A stretch of DNA of 64,000 nucleotides from an uncultured Chthonomonadaceae bacterium (GCA_963835065.1 CAWIEK010000050.1:1-64000), one strand, 5' to 3'. Counted from the stretch's first letter, positions 11,031-22,672 are shown. Numbers and translations are program-made. Notes: generated from the sequence alone by a model not told the origin.

Positions 11031-11253
11031 TGTTTTCCCACTTCCGCAACAAAGTTGAAAGTATCTCACGCCGGGCGTCCACTCGTGGAAATCCCCTCTC
11101 CTGACCGCCCATTCCTCGCCAGGAAATGGAGCAGGCGGCCTGATCAGGATAGTGGGCGCGAAGCATAAGGAAGGCTATTTGGTTAGAGGAGGCAGCAGGG
11201 TTTTTGGTTCATGCCTTGTCCTTATTTCTCAATTTCCTGTGTAGTTCCTTATG

Positions 11254-14200
11254 CTACTGCCAATCCCCCATGAGGATGAAGGGCGCCCAATAGCAGGGAT
11301 GCTGATAGGCTTTGTCATGCATCAGGGCCAGCATAGCCTGGCGTAACGCTTGGCCTTTGCGCAGTTTCTTTGTTGTGAGGCCGGCATAGAAGACCTGCAT
11401 AAATCGGGCGGTACTCTGATCGTCTACACTCCACTGGCTTACAATGGACGTAGGCGCCCCAGCCGCAAAGAGCGCCCAGGTTAAGCCGATGACGCCCTCG
11501 CCTATCTGCTTCTGCCCTTGCGCCGTTTCGCAGGCGGAAAGCACGACCAGATCGGCGGACAAGTTCATGGCGAAAATATCCCTGGCGGTCAGAAAGCCCG
11601 TCGCCTCTGTATTGGCGGGGGGCTGCGCCAGTACCAGGGAAGAAAGCATCGGCGCATCCGTGTTGATGAGGCCATGTGTTGCAAAGTGCAGGTACTTATA
11701 GTTACCCGCTATCGTCTTTATGGTTGTCTCCTGCGCCTCCTTTCCTGTGAGGAGAGTGGCATTGGGGAACAGGCGCTGGATTGCGCGGGCTTCCTCCTGT
11801 GTGCCCGGCAGCGGCGCGATCCCACGGCCTCGCGTGAACACGCGACGGCGTTTATCTTGCAGGCTCCTTCTCGTTTCTAACTCTTTTGGAGCCTGTTTTA
11901 CCTCACCCTCTGCCGACAGCGCGACGGTCTCCCCCTTCTCTTGGAAGCGGTCTGCGCCTCCAAAATCAGGATTTGCGCAGACCAGCATTGTAGCAGTGGC
12001 ATGGCGCCGCGCAGAATTGTGTTTGATGCGGCGTGCGGCCAGAGCCGTTGTAGCGGAGTAGGCGTAATCAATTTCGTATAGCTCGGTCAGAAATTTGTGT
12101 GACGGGGTGAGCAGCGCTTGAAACGGTACGTTCCAGAGAGGGCCGTCGGGACAGACAATCAGCCGTTTTTTACCGGCAAGCTGCTGCTGCGCCGGTTGGA
12201 GCAACAGGGCGTAGAGGTCCTGTCCTTTCTGCGCATACTCGCCTTCGGAAACAGCGCACTCATCTCGGAAAGCATTGGCGCGCGCCGCCAGGACGCGGTT
12301 CGACTTCGCAAGTGGATACGCCCTGCAAACCGGCTTACCCGCCTCCAGCGTCACACAAAATAACACGGTCTGTTCAAGGGAAACAGCCCGGTCGTTATGA
12401 TTAGCATGCAAAGAGACATATTCCAGTAACGCCGTGTCAGGCGAGAGAAGCAGGGGCATGTCGTGCAGGGTTACGGTAGCTGCCGCCGCTCTGTCTTTCA
12501 AGCCGGGGTATTTGCTATACAGGCTGTCCGCAAAGGTCTGCAAGGCATTCTCAGCCTGCTGCTGCTGCTGTTTAAGAAGCGCCAGTTTCGCCGGATCGGG
12601 TTTAGCTTGCTGAAATTGCGCAATGGCAGCCGCATAAATCCGCGCCGAATGTTGGGAAAGTTCGCGTTGCTTTTGTTTTTCTTCCGGCGTCAAACGGGCG
12701 GCAATATCCACCCGGCCATTGTTCACAAGATCCAACAGCGCGCGCGCTTTGGCTTTTTGTGTCCAGGCAAACGCCTCCGCTGGTTTGTTAGCTTTCAGCA
12801 ACAGATGAATATAGGCATAGTAAGTGCCCAGATATTTTGCAAGGAAGCTGACTTTGCTATCCGTTAAGCCGCTGATGTTAGCACGTACTCGCTCATAAAG
12901 ATGAAGCGCCTGCCGCATATCGGCCTCTGCCGATAGAAGTTGCCCCTGCATTTCCTGCACATCGGCGATGTTGGCAAGAGTAGTCGCTTCATCAATCTCA
13001 TTTCGGGTACTCCGACTTATGACAAGCGCTTGCCGGAAAAGTTCCAGCGCTTTCTCTGGCTGCTTCATGTTAGCGAAGGCATATGCCATTCCAGTCAGGG
13101 TAATGCTTTCCCAGCGTTGGTTGTGGATGCTGCGGTACAAAGCCAATGCCTGCTCATAGTAGTGTAGAGCTTGGGGTATCTGACCGAGATCGAAGCTGAT
13201 CGCCGCCAAACGATTCAGAACAAAGGCTTCGCCATCCGGGTTGTGCAGGTTTTGCTGCATCGATAACGCCTGCTGAAAGTAGTCCAGAGCCTTCCGGGTC
13301 TGTCCGAGAGCCGCACAGGCATTGGCGACATTGCTCAATTCAAGCGCTTCCCCCCGCTTGCTTTCGGCAACGCGATGCAGGGCTAATGCCTGCTCGAAGA
13401 ACTGAAGTGCTTTTTGCGGCTGTCCAGTACGAAGATAAACACCACCGATGTTGGAAAGAGCAAAGGCTTCGCCTCCAATGTTATGGGTCAAACGGCGCAG
13501 GGCAAGCGCCTGTTCAAAACACGTGAGCGCCTGCTGAAACTCTCCACCCTCCGAATAAATGCCTCCAATCTGCACAAGCGTATACGCTTCCGGAATCCTG
13601 GTTTCGCGCTGCTCGCAACGCAGGAAGCGCCTGATTGAGAAACTTGAGAGCCTGCTGCGGCTGTCCTATATCGGAGTAAAGCTGCGCCTATTTTGACAAG
13701 AACATCCGCTTCCGCTTCCGGGGCGTGGAGCGTACCGATGATGGCTTGTACCTGTTGGTATATCTCCAGAGCTTTTTGCGGTTGCCCAATTACAGCGTAT
13801 ACGTCACCGATGTTTGTCATCGTAATGATCGCATTGGGTTGATCCTTGATTTCCTGAAGAAGCAGCAGCGCCTGCTGATAATACTCCAGCGCCTTCACCG
13901 GCTCCCGATCACTATAAACAGAGCCTATCTGATTGAGCGCAACAGCTTCTCCGCGCTTGCTATGGATTGCGCGGAACAGAGGCAGGGCCTGTTGATACAA
14001 ACCAAGCGCCTTTGAAGCAGCCCTGGTACGCTGATAGATGTCGCCCATCTTAATAAGCGCATCAGCCTCCAATTCGGTATCGGTTGCCTCATGGAACAGA
14101 CGCGACCCTTCCTGAAAAGCCTCTACAGCCTGTTGAGACTGCTTCATAGCCTCATACATGCGGCCAACGCTGACGAACGCAAGCGCTTCTCCGTCTTTGT

Positions 14201-14424
14201 CGCCAAGCGTATGCGCTCTGGCAATTATCGTCTGGTAACGCCGCAGGCTTTCCTCGGTTTACTGGTATTTTCTGCCTTGATGCTTTCATCAGCAATTTCT
14301 GCACTTCGGGGAGCGGCGCAGGAGGGGTGTGGGGCAGGAAGCGGGCGTGTGCTGCAAACGGAAACAAGACAGCCCATGAGTAAACCAGAGGGAACACCCA
14401 CAAAATACGCTTGTTCACATCCAT
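11254..14424 (-). CDS. TPR + CHAT (caspase-HetF) domain protein, split by frameshifts
   Basis: ORFs 14152..14424, 13488..14159 and 11254..13575. Many TPRs, plus LHFATHG, LVVLSACETA and YWAPFILMG. Confidence 0.88.
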
Positions 14425-14569
14425 TACAATGCGCTCCTATAGCAATGCGAACGGCTGACGGCGAACTGCAATCTCACCGAGAAGCTTTTGTCAGTCAATT
14501 TTCAAAGGAACAAATCCTGCCCGCTTGGTTTAAGGCTGCTCAAAGAAATTCGTCTTGCCTGCCGCGCTT

Positions 14570-15229
14570 TCAACGCCCGATCAGCGCATGGTAGTAGCCC
14601 GTAAAGCCGTTGAGGACGAACTGCACCGCCAATGCCGCCAATGCTACGCCCAAGACGCGCGTCGCCACATGCGCCCCGGCTTCCCCAATCCGCGCCATCA
14701 CGCGCTCGCCGAGCCACATGACGATCCATGCCAGGGCAAATACGAACACGGTTGCCGCAAACAACGCGCCCGCCAGTATCGCCTGCCCATGCGTTTGCGC
14801 GGTGAGCAGCAGCAGACTGGTCATCAACCCCGGCCCGGTCAGGAGGGGAATGGCAAGCGGGAAAATCGCCACATCGGGCGCGGGATTGCCCTGCTCCTCC
14901 TGCTGCGGTGATTGCAGGCCGCCCCGCTGTCCGAACAGCATGGGCAGCGCGGTCGCAAACAGCAAAATGCCGCCACTGATGGCAAACGCATGAACGCTCA
15001 CGCCCATGTAGCGCAGTGCCGCGTCACCCACGAGCAGAAAAAACACGGCGATTGCAAACGCCGTGACAATCGCCCGCCGCAGCACGCCCCGCCGTTCCGG
15101 CAGCGACATTCCCGTCGTCAGCGCCGTAAACAGCGGCAGCATCCCAAGCGGATCCACAATGACCAGCATGGTGACAAACGCGGTCAGGCCAAATTGAAGT
15201 ACGGTGTGGAGCATGGAGATATTAGGCAT
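14570..15229 (-). CDS. MarC-family membrane protein
   Basis: IVDPLG, FAISGGILLF, AIFPLAIPLLTGPG and TRVLGVALAALAVQF. Confidence 0.9.
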   Translation of the reverse strand: MPNISMLHTVLQFGLTAFVTMLVIVDPLGMLPLFTALTTGMSLPERRGVLRRAIVTAFAIAVFFLLVGDAALRYMGVSVHAFAISGGILLFATALPMLFGQRGGLQSPQQEEQGNPAPDVAIFPLAIPLLTGPGLMTSLLLLTAQTHGQAILAGALFAATVFVFALAWIVMWLGERVMARIGEAGAHVATRVLGVALAALAVQFVLNGFTGYYHALIGR

Positions 15230-15324
15230 TAGGCATTAGGCATTAGATATTAGATATTAGGACAGGTACTCAGAGTGTTCGACATGGCTGCGGGCTTGCA
15301 TCTAATGCCTAATGCCTAATGCCT
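15221..15324. repeat. Inverted heptamer-repeat hairpin (ATTAGGC)n ... (GCCTAAT)n
   Basis: Visible tandem 7-mers. The right arm supplies the tdk C-terminus and stop codon. Confidence 0.85.
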
Positions 15325-16120
15325 CATCGGGCAGGTCGGGAAACATTTCCAGTTGCGTTTCATCGTGTGGCAGGGCGTTTTGTTCGCCCGCGCTGTGCTT
15401 GCCGTTTTTGTTGTTTTTGCCGTTTGCCGCGTGTTTTTGCGGGGTGCTGGCAGTAGCGCGGGGCTTGCGGCTTGTTCCCGCTTCCGACGTTGCGGCCTTC
15501 CCGTTGCTGCCGCGCTTTGGGGAGGTTCGGAAGGCGGGCGGCACGTTGCGTATCTGGTGGCAGCGGCGGCAGCGCGCTTCGTAGCTTTCGTCCGCGCCCA
15601 CCAGAATCGTCGGCTCGTCCCATCCCGCCGGACGGCCATTGACCAACCGCTGCGTTCGGCTCGCTTCCTGCCCGCACACTTTGCAAATGGCGTGAAGCTT
15701 CATCACGTTGTCGGCCAGCGCCATTAACTGCGGCATAAAACTGAACGGCATCCCCCGAAAATCCTGATCCAGTCCCGCCGCAATCACTTCCACGCCCCGA
15801 TCCGCCAAGCGCTGACACAGGCCGATCACGCCCTCATCGAAAAACTGTACTTCTTCGATGCCGACGATCTGCACGTTCGGTTCCAGCAGGCTTTCCATTG
15901 TCCGCGAGTCGGGCACGGCCAGCGCCGTAAACGTCATGCCGTCGTGGGTGCGAATTACGGTCGTGTCGCAGCGCGTATCCATCGCGGACTTGAATACCTG
16001 TACGCGCTTGCGGGCATGCATGGCGCGGCGCACCAGCCGGATCAGTTCTTCGGTCTTGCCGGAAAACATGCTGCCGCAAATGATAGTCAGGGAGCCGGGT
16101 GGGGCTTTCAAAATAGACAC
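15302..16120 (-). CDS. tdk: Thymidine kinase
   Basis: GSMFSGKTEEL, IEEVQFF, AGLDQDFRG, HAICKVCG and YEARCRRCH, with a low-complexity tail. Confidence 0.95.
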   Translation of the reverse strand: MSILKAPPGSLTIICGSMFSGKTEELIRLVRRAMHARKRVQVFKSAMDTRCDTTVIRTHDGMTFTALAVPDSRTMESLLEPNVQIVGIEEVQFFDEGVIGLCQRLADRGVEVIAAGLDQDFRGMPFSFMPQLMALADNVMKLHAICKVCGQEASRTQRLVNGRPAGWDEPTILVGADESYEARCRRCHQIRNVPPAFRTSPKRGSNGKAATSEAGTSRKPRATASTPQKHAANGKNNKNGKHSAGEQNALPHDETQLEMFPDLPDEALGIRH

Positions 16121-16148
16121 AGACAGCGTTCCTCAATACGGAAATTTC

Positions 16149-16479
16149 ACCACCCGCTGCGCTAGAGACACAGAGACACAGAGACACAGAGGGGGAGACA
16201 AGGAGAATATAGAAACCGCTAAACACACGAAATAAACGAAAAGAGGACGGAAAACAGACAGGATTAAAAGGATTTTTAGGATTAAACAGGATTACACAAG
16301 AGAGAGACTAATTCTCTGCTGTTCTTATCCGTGTCCATCCGTTTTATCTGTTTCATCCGTGGTTTATTCTTTTGTTTTTCCTTTTTTCGTCTTGGTTCGT
16401 GTGTTTCGCGGTTCCCTCTTCTCCTCTTCTCGCATTGGCTTTTCCTCTGTGCCTCTGTGTCTCTAGCGCAGCGGGTGGT
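16149..16479. repeat. Nested inverted-repeat (MITE/REP-like) element
   Basis: Outer arms accacccgctgcgctagagacacagag / ctctgtgtctctagcgcagcgggtggt. Inner arms aaccgctaaacacacgaa / ttcgtgtgtttcgcggtt. Confidence 0.8.
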
Positions 16480-17487
16480 TTATTTTCCTTTCAGGTTGGA
16501 TTGGAAGAAGGCTTTGAGAGTGGCCTCGTAGGTCGGGCGTTCTTCCGGGTGGATACGGACATGCCATGAGCGGGGCCACAGCGTCAGGGTTTTGGGCTGC
16601 TGCGCGGCTTCGTACAGGGCGCGGGCGTCGGCAGGGTTGACGATGCGATCCCGCGCGCCGTGCATCAGCAGGACGGGGCGCGGCGCGATTTGGGACACGA
16701 CGGCTAAAGGCGAAACCGTTGCCGGGTCAGCGCTCATCCAGCGCTTGCCCCAGTACGCGGCGGGACGGGAAAACGCGACCCCGGCAGGCCCTAAAACGGC
16801 TCGCCCGCGCTGGTCAATGGCGCGATCCAGGCTGGCGTACGCCCCGTGCGTGGCGACGGCGGCAAGGCGCGGCTCCTGCGCGGCAGCCATCAGGCACACG
16901 GCTCCGCCCATCGAAATGCCATACGCGCCGATGGGCAGGCCGTCCATTTCCGGGCGCGCGTCCAGATACGCCACCGCGCCGAGCAAATCCTTCACTTCAT
17001 GATACCCGATGCTGCACAGCGTTCCCTCGCTTTGGCCCAGGGCGCGAAAATCAAACAACAAAGTGTGAAAGCCCGCGTGGTGCATCAAACGCGCCCAGGG
17101 CAGCATTTCCACGCGGTTCATCGGGTGGCCGTGACACAAAATTACGCCGCCCTGCGCCGGGCCATTCGCAGGATTGGCAGCCGCGAACCAGCCCGCAATG
17201 TTCAGGCCGTCCGAAGTGGGAAACGTGACGCCCTGCCATTCCGGGTCGTTTTCCTTTTTGCCGTGCAGAATGGGCAGGCGCGCGGGATGCGTGGCAAGCC
17301 AGGCATACGCCAGCGTTCCCGCCGCCCATCCCGCGCCCGCCAGCAGCAGCCCGACGCCGATCAAGCCGGGAGATGGCTTTCCCCGTCCCGGCTCCTCGCC
17401 ACTCCCGCCACTCCCAAAAGGTTCTTGACAATCCGCGCCGATGTGTTTATACTTGTGTGCAGCATCACCAAACTTAGAAAACAACAT
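16480..17487 (-). CDS. Alpha/beta hydrolase with N-terminal membrane anchor (start uncertain)
   Basis: ILCHGH, FDFRALGQSEG, GISMGG nucleophile elbow, LMHGARD. Confidence 0.88.
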   Translation of the reverse strand: MLFSKFGDAAHKYKHIGADCQEPFGSGGSGEEPGRGKPSPGLIGVGLLLAGAGWAAGTLAYAWLATHPARLPILHGKKENDPEWQGVTFPTSDGLNIAGWFAAANPANGPAQGGVILCHGHPMNRVEMLPWARLMHHAGFHTLLFDFRALGQSEGTLCSIGYHEVKDLLGAVAYLDARPEMDGLPIGAYGISMGGAVCLMAAAQEPRLAAVATHGAYASLDRAIDQRGRAVLGPAGVAFSRPAAYWGKRWMSADPATVSPLAVVSQIAPRPVLLMHGARDRIVNPADARALYEAAQQPKTLTLWPRSWHVRIHPEERPTYEATLKAFFQSNLKGK

Positions 17488-17545
17488 TGTCGCATGAACT
17501 CTTTTCTTGTATCAATCAACCACCAACCACCAACCACCAAACACT

Positions 17546-18283
17546 ATGGCCGACACGGAACCGAAAAACAACACAGGCAATTCGCCGATTGTGCAGGAAG
17601 GCTGGGAAAGCGAGCGCGATACGGAACGCGCCAAAATCAGCATCCGCGTGATGGCAATTTTCATACTGCTTGGAACCGCGTTCTGGCTGCGCGGTCACGC
17701 AAACGGAACGGCGATTACTAACCGGATTCTGTTTGGCCTTGCTGTCGGCGCGGCTCTAATGACATTGGCTGAAGCGTGGTATTTGTACCGTCCCGGCTGC
17801 GTGACCATACCGCGCTGGTTCAAGTACGTCACCGTTGCGGGAGATATGGCGTTCGTGTCCGTCCTCATCTTTGATACGGGCGCAAGCCGCAGTCCGTTTT
17901 TCTTTGTTTACTTCGTGTTCCTGATCTCCAACTGCCTGCGCTATGGCCTGCGCATGAGCCTGTTCGTGGCGCTGCTGTTCAACATTCTGTACGCCATGGT
18001 TCTGGGGTTGGCGTCCGCCGCCGATTCGCAAACCTCGGTACAGGGCGGCGAAGGGCTGAAGTTTCTCGCCTTCTGGGCGATTGCGTTTTACGGCGGCAGC
18101 GTTTCGGAGCGGTTTCGGCGTCAGGCGGGGCAACTGCGCGTGTACGAGGAAACCCTGCTGGAACTGCGCGCCCGCCTGCGTACCCTGACGGAAGCAAGCC
18201 CACAGTCTGCGTCACCGCACAATGCGGAAAGCGTTCCCGCAAAATCGGAAACGACGAAAGCGGAAGGAGAAGCGCCAGCATGA
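17546..18283 (+). CDS. Integral membrane protein resembling a sensor input domain
   Basis: 5-6 TM segments, DTGASRSPFFFVYF, C-terminal coiled coil. Confidence 0.65.
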   Translation: MADTEPKNNTGNSPIVQEGWESERDTERAKISIRVMAIFILLGTAFWLRGHANGTAITNRILFGLAVGAALMTLAEAWYLYRPGCVTIPRWFKYVTVAGDMAFVSVLIFDTGASRSPFFFVYFVFLISNCLRYGLRMSLFVALLFNILYAMVLGLASAADSQTSVQGGEGLKFLAFWAIAFYGGSVSERFRRQAGQLRVYEETLLELRARLRTLTEASPQSASPHNAESVPAKSETTKAEGEAPA

Positions 18284-18540
18284 CCTCTCCGCACCGCCCT
18301 CCCCGAAAAGAAGAAAACGAACCGGACGCTTCGCCCACCTCCCGTCTAAAACCATTGCGCGTTACAGGCCACATTCTCGCCTATGCCGTCGCTGGAATTA
18401 TTCTTGGGGGAATCGGCCTGCTGCTCATCACGATTCTCCCCGGCTCGCCCTGGCTGTTCCTGCTGTATCCCGTTTTGATTGCCCTTGTGCTTGTTTCCCT
18501 GATTGCCATTGTACTGCACCTGCTTCACCGTTTCGCCTGA
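18280..18540 (+). CDS. Small two-TM membrane protein
   Basis: ATGA overlap with the previous gene, two hydrophobic helices. Confidence 0.55.
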   Translation: MTSPHRPPRKEENEPDASPTSRLKPLRVTGHILAYAVAGIILGGIGLLLITILPGSPWLFLLYPVLIALVLVSLIAIVLHLLHRFA

Positions 18541-18652
18541 TGCTTTGTACAATCGTGCTGGTCTGTGTACAGCCGGATTATAACTATTTTAATCTTTTGC
18601 CGGTTATTAGACCTTCGGCCAATTGTCCTGCTGACGTGAGATTGTGCAAAGT

Positions 18653-19267
18653 TCAAGTGGTTTGTCCATAAAGTAGTTGTCGCAGTCGCAGGGCATGACG
18701 CAGGCTTTTTACGTCGTGGGTCCATGTGGGCAACACGAGCTTCATGGCAAAACCTTCCAGATTGCTCGTCAGTCCGCAGATGATCGCCGGCCACAGCCAG
18801 ATTCCGCCCGCGTGAAATCCGAGTAATGCAATCGTTGCTACAAACAGAGCAATGCCCCATAGTTTGGCGGATAGGGCGTGAAATGAGGCAATGCGCCCGT
18901 ATTTGAGCAGGTCGAATCCGTAGGAGCAACCCTGCATTGCCAGCACCAGCAGGAGCGGCCCGCGTAGCGGCCTGATTACGTGCGGCGCGACGGCGCAAAC
19001 CGCCGCCACAACCCAGGCGTAGAAAAATCCGTCCGCCCAACTGTCCGCCACGCGCAGCCGCTCCGTTGCCACATTCAGCCGCCGCGCAATCACGCCATCG
19101 AAAATATCCGACAACAGCGCCAGAGTCAGGACCGCAACAATCCAGCCGCCTGCGACGCGGCAAACGCAAAGCCGGTACAAAACCGGCCCAAGCAGCAGGC
19201 GAAGCCCAATCAATCCGGCTGGAACCCGCTGCAAACCATGCCTGATACAAAAACGAGGTTGGCGCAT
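18653..19267 (-). CDS. CDP-alcohol phosphatidyltransferase family protein
   Basis: SDIFDGVIARRLN...ADSWAD motif. Confidence 0.85.
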   Translation of the reverse strand: MRQPRFCIRHGLQRVPAGLIGLRLLLGPVLYRLCVCRVAGGWIVAVLTLALLSDIFDGVIARRLNVATERLRVADSWADGFFYAWVVAAVCAVAPHVIRPLRGPLLLVLAMQGCSYGFDLLKYGRIASFHALSAKLWGIALFVATIALLGFHAGGIWLWPAIICGLTSNLEGFAMKLVLPTWTHDVKSLRHALRLRQLLYGQTT

Positions 19268-19394
19268 TGCAACCCTCCATTACAGCGCAAAAACGTGTTT
19301 TCCTGCTTCTTGAAAACGCAGCCGGAAAGCGCCATAGAGGATCAGTTTAACCGCATTGCTCCCGCAACGCATGAGGCGAAAGACCTAGTCTTCA

Positions 19395-22364
19395 TTAGAT
19401 TTGTTCATTAGATTCCAGAGGCGTTTTAGGAGAAGGCGCGTAGTTTGGATGGGCGTGAAGCCAGCGAAGCGCGAGATCGCGCGTGAGTGGCATGGGGTCG
19501 GCGGCGCGGGATTCAATGGCGGTTCGCATGTCTTCTTCCTCTGTCGTTTCCGTTGCGCCGCACAGGGCGTTTGTCAGCAGCAGGCGATGCTCGCTCCCCA
19601 CTTTGTCGCACCAGAAGGCGAGTTCGCGCCGGTACTGGGGATTGGCGGGATTGCGGGCAAGTGTGGCAAGCATCGCGCCCAATCCGTCTTCCGCGTGCAT
19701 GGCGAACTGCGCGGCCTCGTACACGTCGGGATGCGCGTAGACCTGCGCGAGTGGCTGAAGTTCCGGGGGCAGCAGGGACAGGGACTGCGCTTCGCCATCC
19801 GTAGCGGCCTTGCGAAACGCGAGCGCAATGTCCCCGGCGGCGTGTTCCGAAAAGCCCAAGCGCAGCGAATAGATTTGCGTGGCGGCGAGAAGCGCGTCCG
19901 GGGCGGCAAGCGCGGGGTCGTGGCGGTGCATCCGCGAAAGTTGCAAAGCGCCCCGCGCCAGGTCATCGCCCGCTGTCGCCAACGCCTGTATCTGCTCCTC
20001 ACTGCCCTCGCCCCACAGCAGCCATTTCAGTATCAGGGCGCGGGTACGCTCGGCTCGATCCAATTCCGGCTCATGCGCTTCTAAAATCGGGCGTATGATA
20101 CGCGGCTCGGTTTCCATCAGCGCCTGCAATGCCGGGTACGCATGACCGCGCAGGGCGAGCTCCACCAGACATTCCACGCCTTCGGTCTGCTGCGTTCCGC
20201 GCAGGGTGGATACGACAATCGGTTCGCCGTGATTGGCAGGAATGGCGTTGAGGAAGGGCGCAGAGTCCACGCGGGTAAAGACGCCGTGCGCCACCAGGAC
20301 GCAGGCGATATGCGCGTTTCGCAGGCCACGTTTCAGGTCGCCGTCACCGGGCCGGGCTTCGCTCCCATCCGTCAGCACATGCTTCAGCGCCTGCACACTG
20401 GCTTCTTCCAGACGCGGCAGGCGGGCCAGCACCGCAGCGGCGGGCGCGGAACCATCCCGCAGCAGCATTTGCAGCCACAAGCGCTCGTGCCGATCCCCGC
20501 TCATATCGGCAAGCAACTGAACCGCTTCTGTTCGCGCATCGGTTCCAACCGTTTCGTCTTTGATGATTCCCAACAGGGTTTCTTCGGCAAGACGCGGCGC
20601 ATGGCCGGAAATCAACTCCGCGCCGACAAGCCGCAGCCGTATATTGGGCGCGTGGAGCAACGCCAGCGTTTTGCTTTCGCAGGCGCGCGGATCGGCGTCG
20701 AGAATGGCGCGGGCCTGCCGCCGCACTGCAGGTTCCAGCAGGCGCGTGGGCGCATCCAGAACGCTTTCCAGCCAGCCGCGCCCACTGCGCCGTTCCAAAA
20801 CGGGCGCGTTGAAACGAAACTCCGGCGGCGCGGCGGCAACAGGCATCCGCCGCGCCAACATTGGATTCGTGCCTCCCGCTTCCAGGCCGGAAGAGGATTC
20901 CGATTTGCGGCGCTTGCCGAACAAAGCCAACAGAAAATCAGGCATCGTAATATATCCCATACGCCCGGCGAACAGGCCAATCGCCAGCAACGCGCCAAGC
21001 AGCAATACGAGCGCGCGCCAGGGCAAAGGCGCGGCAGGCGGGGTCGGCGGAGTAATACCGTCTGCGCTTGTCTGTAAGTTGTTTCTTTGGCCCGCCGCTA
21101 ACACGGGCATCGCCGCGCTGTTCTGAGTGATAGTGTCCCGGCTGCTGTTGTGGGGCAAGCGCAATTCGGGCAGTTGCCAGTCCGGGGAATTTTCGATTTT
21201 CGATTTTCGATCTTCGATTGAGGAGGGAGGATTGGTGACTGATGACTGCCGGTTGTCAGAGGATGTCGGCGGCTGCGCGTTGTTTCCGGAAACAGTAGAT
21301 TGGAATGTGTTCGGCGTTGCGGACGTGTTCGGCGTTATGAGCGCGTTATTCGTTGCAGACATATTCCGCGTTGTGAGCGCATGGTTCATGGCCGGCGCAA
21401 TAAATTGCGCCCCTACATTCTTGTCTTCTCTTCTTCTCTTCTTCTCTTCTTCTCTTCTGTTCCCTGTTCCCTGTTCCCTGTTCCCTTCTAACGCAAAGCC
21501 ATAATTCAGCAGGGCAACGGTGTCGCGCTGCCAATCGGGGCTGTTGAGGACGACGGTAATCAGGCGGGTTCCGTTGCGGCTGACTGCGCCGACAAAACAA
21601 AAGCCGGCTTCCTGCGTCCAGCCTGCCTTCACGCCTTCCATGCCGGGAACCGTCCACAAGAGCGCGTTTTCGTTGGTCAGCAACGTGGGCAGGCGGTTAT
21701 GGGAACGGGGCAGGGAATAGGTTCGCGTTTGTACCACATCCGCGAAAACAGGGTTTTGCAGGGCGGTTCGGGCGAGTAGCGCCAGGTCGCGGGCTGTGGA
21801 ATAGTGATTGGGCGCGGGCAGGCCGGTGGAATTGGCAAAATGCGTGTTTGCCGCGCCGCTTGCCTGCGCCCAGGCGTTCATCTGCGCGGCAAACGCTTCT
21901 TCGCGGCCTGCCGCATGTTCCGCAGTGGCGACGCTGGCATCATTGGCGCTGGCAAGCAGAACAGCCCGTAACAAATCTTGAGCGTGGAAGGTTTCTCCCG
22001 GCGTCATGCCAAGCGCGTGTCCGAGCGTTCGCGCCGCGTCCGGGGAGGTGGAAATCAGCGTTTCGGGCGGAACATCGCGCGCCAGGAGAAACCCGGTCAC
22101 AATTTTCGTGGTGCTGGCGGGCGGCAGGCGGCGGTCAGGATTTTTCGCCCACAGCGCAGCCCCGGTATCTCGATTAATGACAATGGCCGCCGCCGCATGA
22201 ACAGCGGGAGGCGCAAGCGCAGCCGTGTTTGCTTCCCCCGGATCGCCCGCTCCCCGCCGTGACAACAGCAGCATCAGCGCAAACAAGACAGTGACACAAC
22301 AGCCTGCCTGCCGCCTGTTGCCTGTAAGGAAGATATAAGATATAAGATATAAGATATAAGTCAT
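19395..22364 (-). CDS. D-Ala-D-Ala carboxypeptidase (S11) fused to a TM helix and a helical HEAT-like domain (start uncertain)
   Basis: PASTTK (SxxK), SAN (SxN), GVKAG (KTG-like) and HFANSTGL, then a low-complexity linker, a TM and about 500 aa of Leu/Ala-rich helical sequence. Confidence 0.75.
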   Translation of the reverse strand: MTYILYLISYIFLTGNRRQAGCCVTVLFALMLLLSRRGAGDPGEANTAALAPPAVHAAAAIVINRDTGAALWAKNPDRRLPPASTTKIVTGFLLARDVPPETLISTSPDAARTLGHALGMTPGETFHAQDLLRAVLLASANDASVATAEHAAGREEAFAAQMNAWAQASGAANTHFANSTGLPAPNHYSTARDLALLARTALQNPVFADVVQTRTYSLPRSHNRLPTLLTNENALLWTVPGMEGVKAGWTQEAGFCFVGAVSRNGTRLITVVLNSPDWQRDTVALLNYGFALEGNREQGTGNRREEEKKRRREDKNVGAQFIAPAMNHALTTRNMSATNNALITPNTSATPNTFQSTVSGNNAQPPTSSDNRQSSVTNPPSSIEDRKSKIENSPDWQLPELRLPHNSSRDTITQNSAAMPVLAAGQRNNLQTSADGITPPTPPAAPLPWRALVLLLGALLAIGLFAGRMGYITMPDFLLALFGKRRKSESSSGLEAGGTNPMLARRMPVAAAPPEFRFNAPVLERRSGRGWLESVLDAPTRLLEPAVRRQARAILDADPRACESKTLALLHAPNIRLRLVGAELISGHAPRLAEETLLGIIKDETVGTDARTEAVQLLADMSGDRHERLWLQMLLRDGSAPAAAVLARLPRLEEASVQALKHVLTDGSEARPGDGDLKRGLRNAHIACVLVAHGVFTRVDSAPFLNAIPANHGEPIVVSTLRGTQQTEGVECLVELALRGHAYPALQALMETEPRIIRPILEAHEPELDRAERTRALILKWLLWGEGSEEQIQALATAGDDLARGALQLSRMHRHDPALAAPDALLAATQIYSLRLGFSEHAAGDIALAFRKAATDGEAQSLSLLPPELQPLAQVYAHPDVYEAAQFAMHAEDGLGAMLATLARNPANPQYRRELAFWCDKVGSEHRLLLTNALCGATETTEEEDMRTAIESRAADPMPLTRDLALRWLHAHPNYAPSPKTPLESNEQI

Positions 22365-22672
22365 CCCGACACAGACCCAACCCCGAACACCTGAAAACCC
22401 TGAAACCCTAAAATCATAACACCCTAATACCTATTATTGGCGGCATCCTGTGTTTTCTGCTGTGTCCCGATGCGCGTTTGGGCAGGATTATGCCGCGCAT
22501 TTGGTGAACTTCCCCGCCGTACCGCTATTTTCAACTATTACAAACGTCGGGCGTTTCTCAACAATGCCGACGTTTTCAGGACAGTCCGCATGAACGACGT
22601 TCACCTTCAAGCAGGAACATGCCGGATTGTCCGAACACCGAACACCGAATACCGACATTTTCAGGAGGGATT

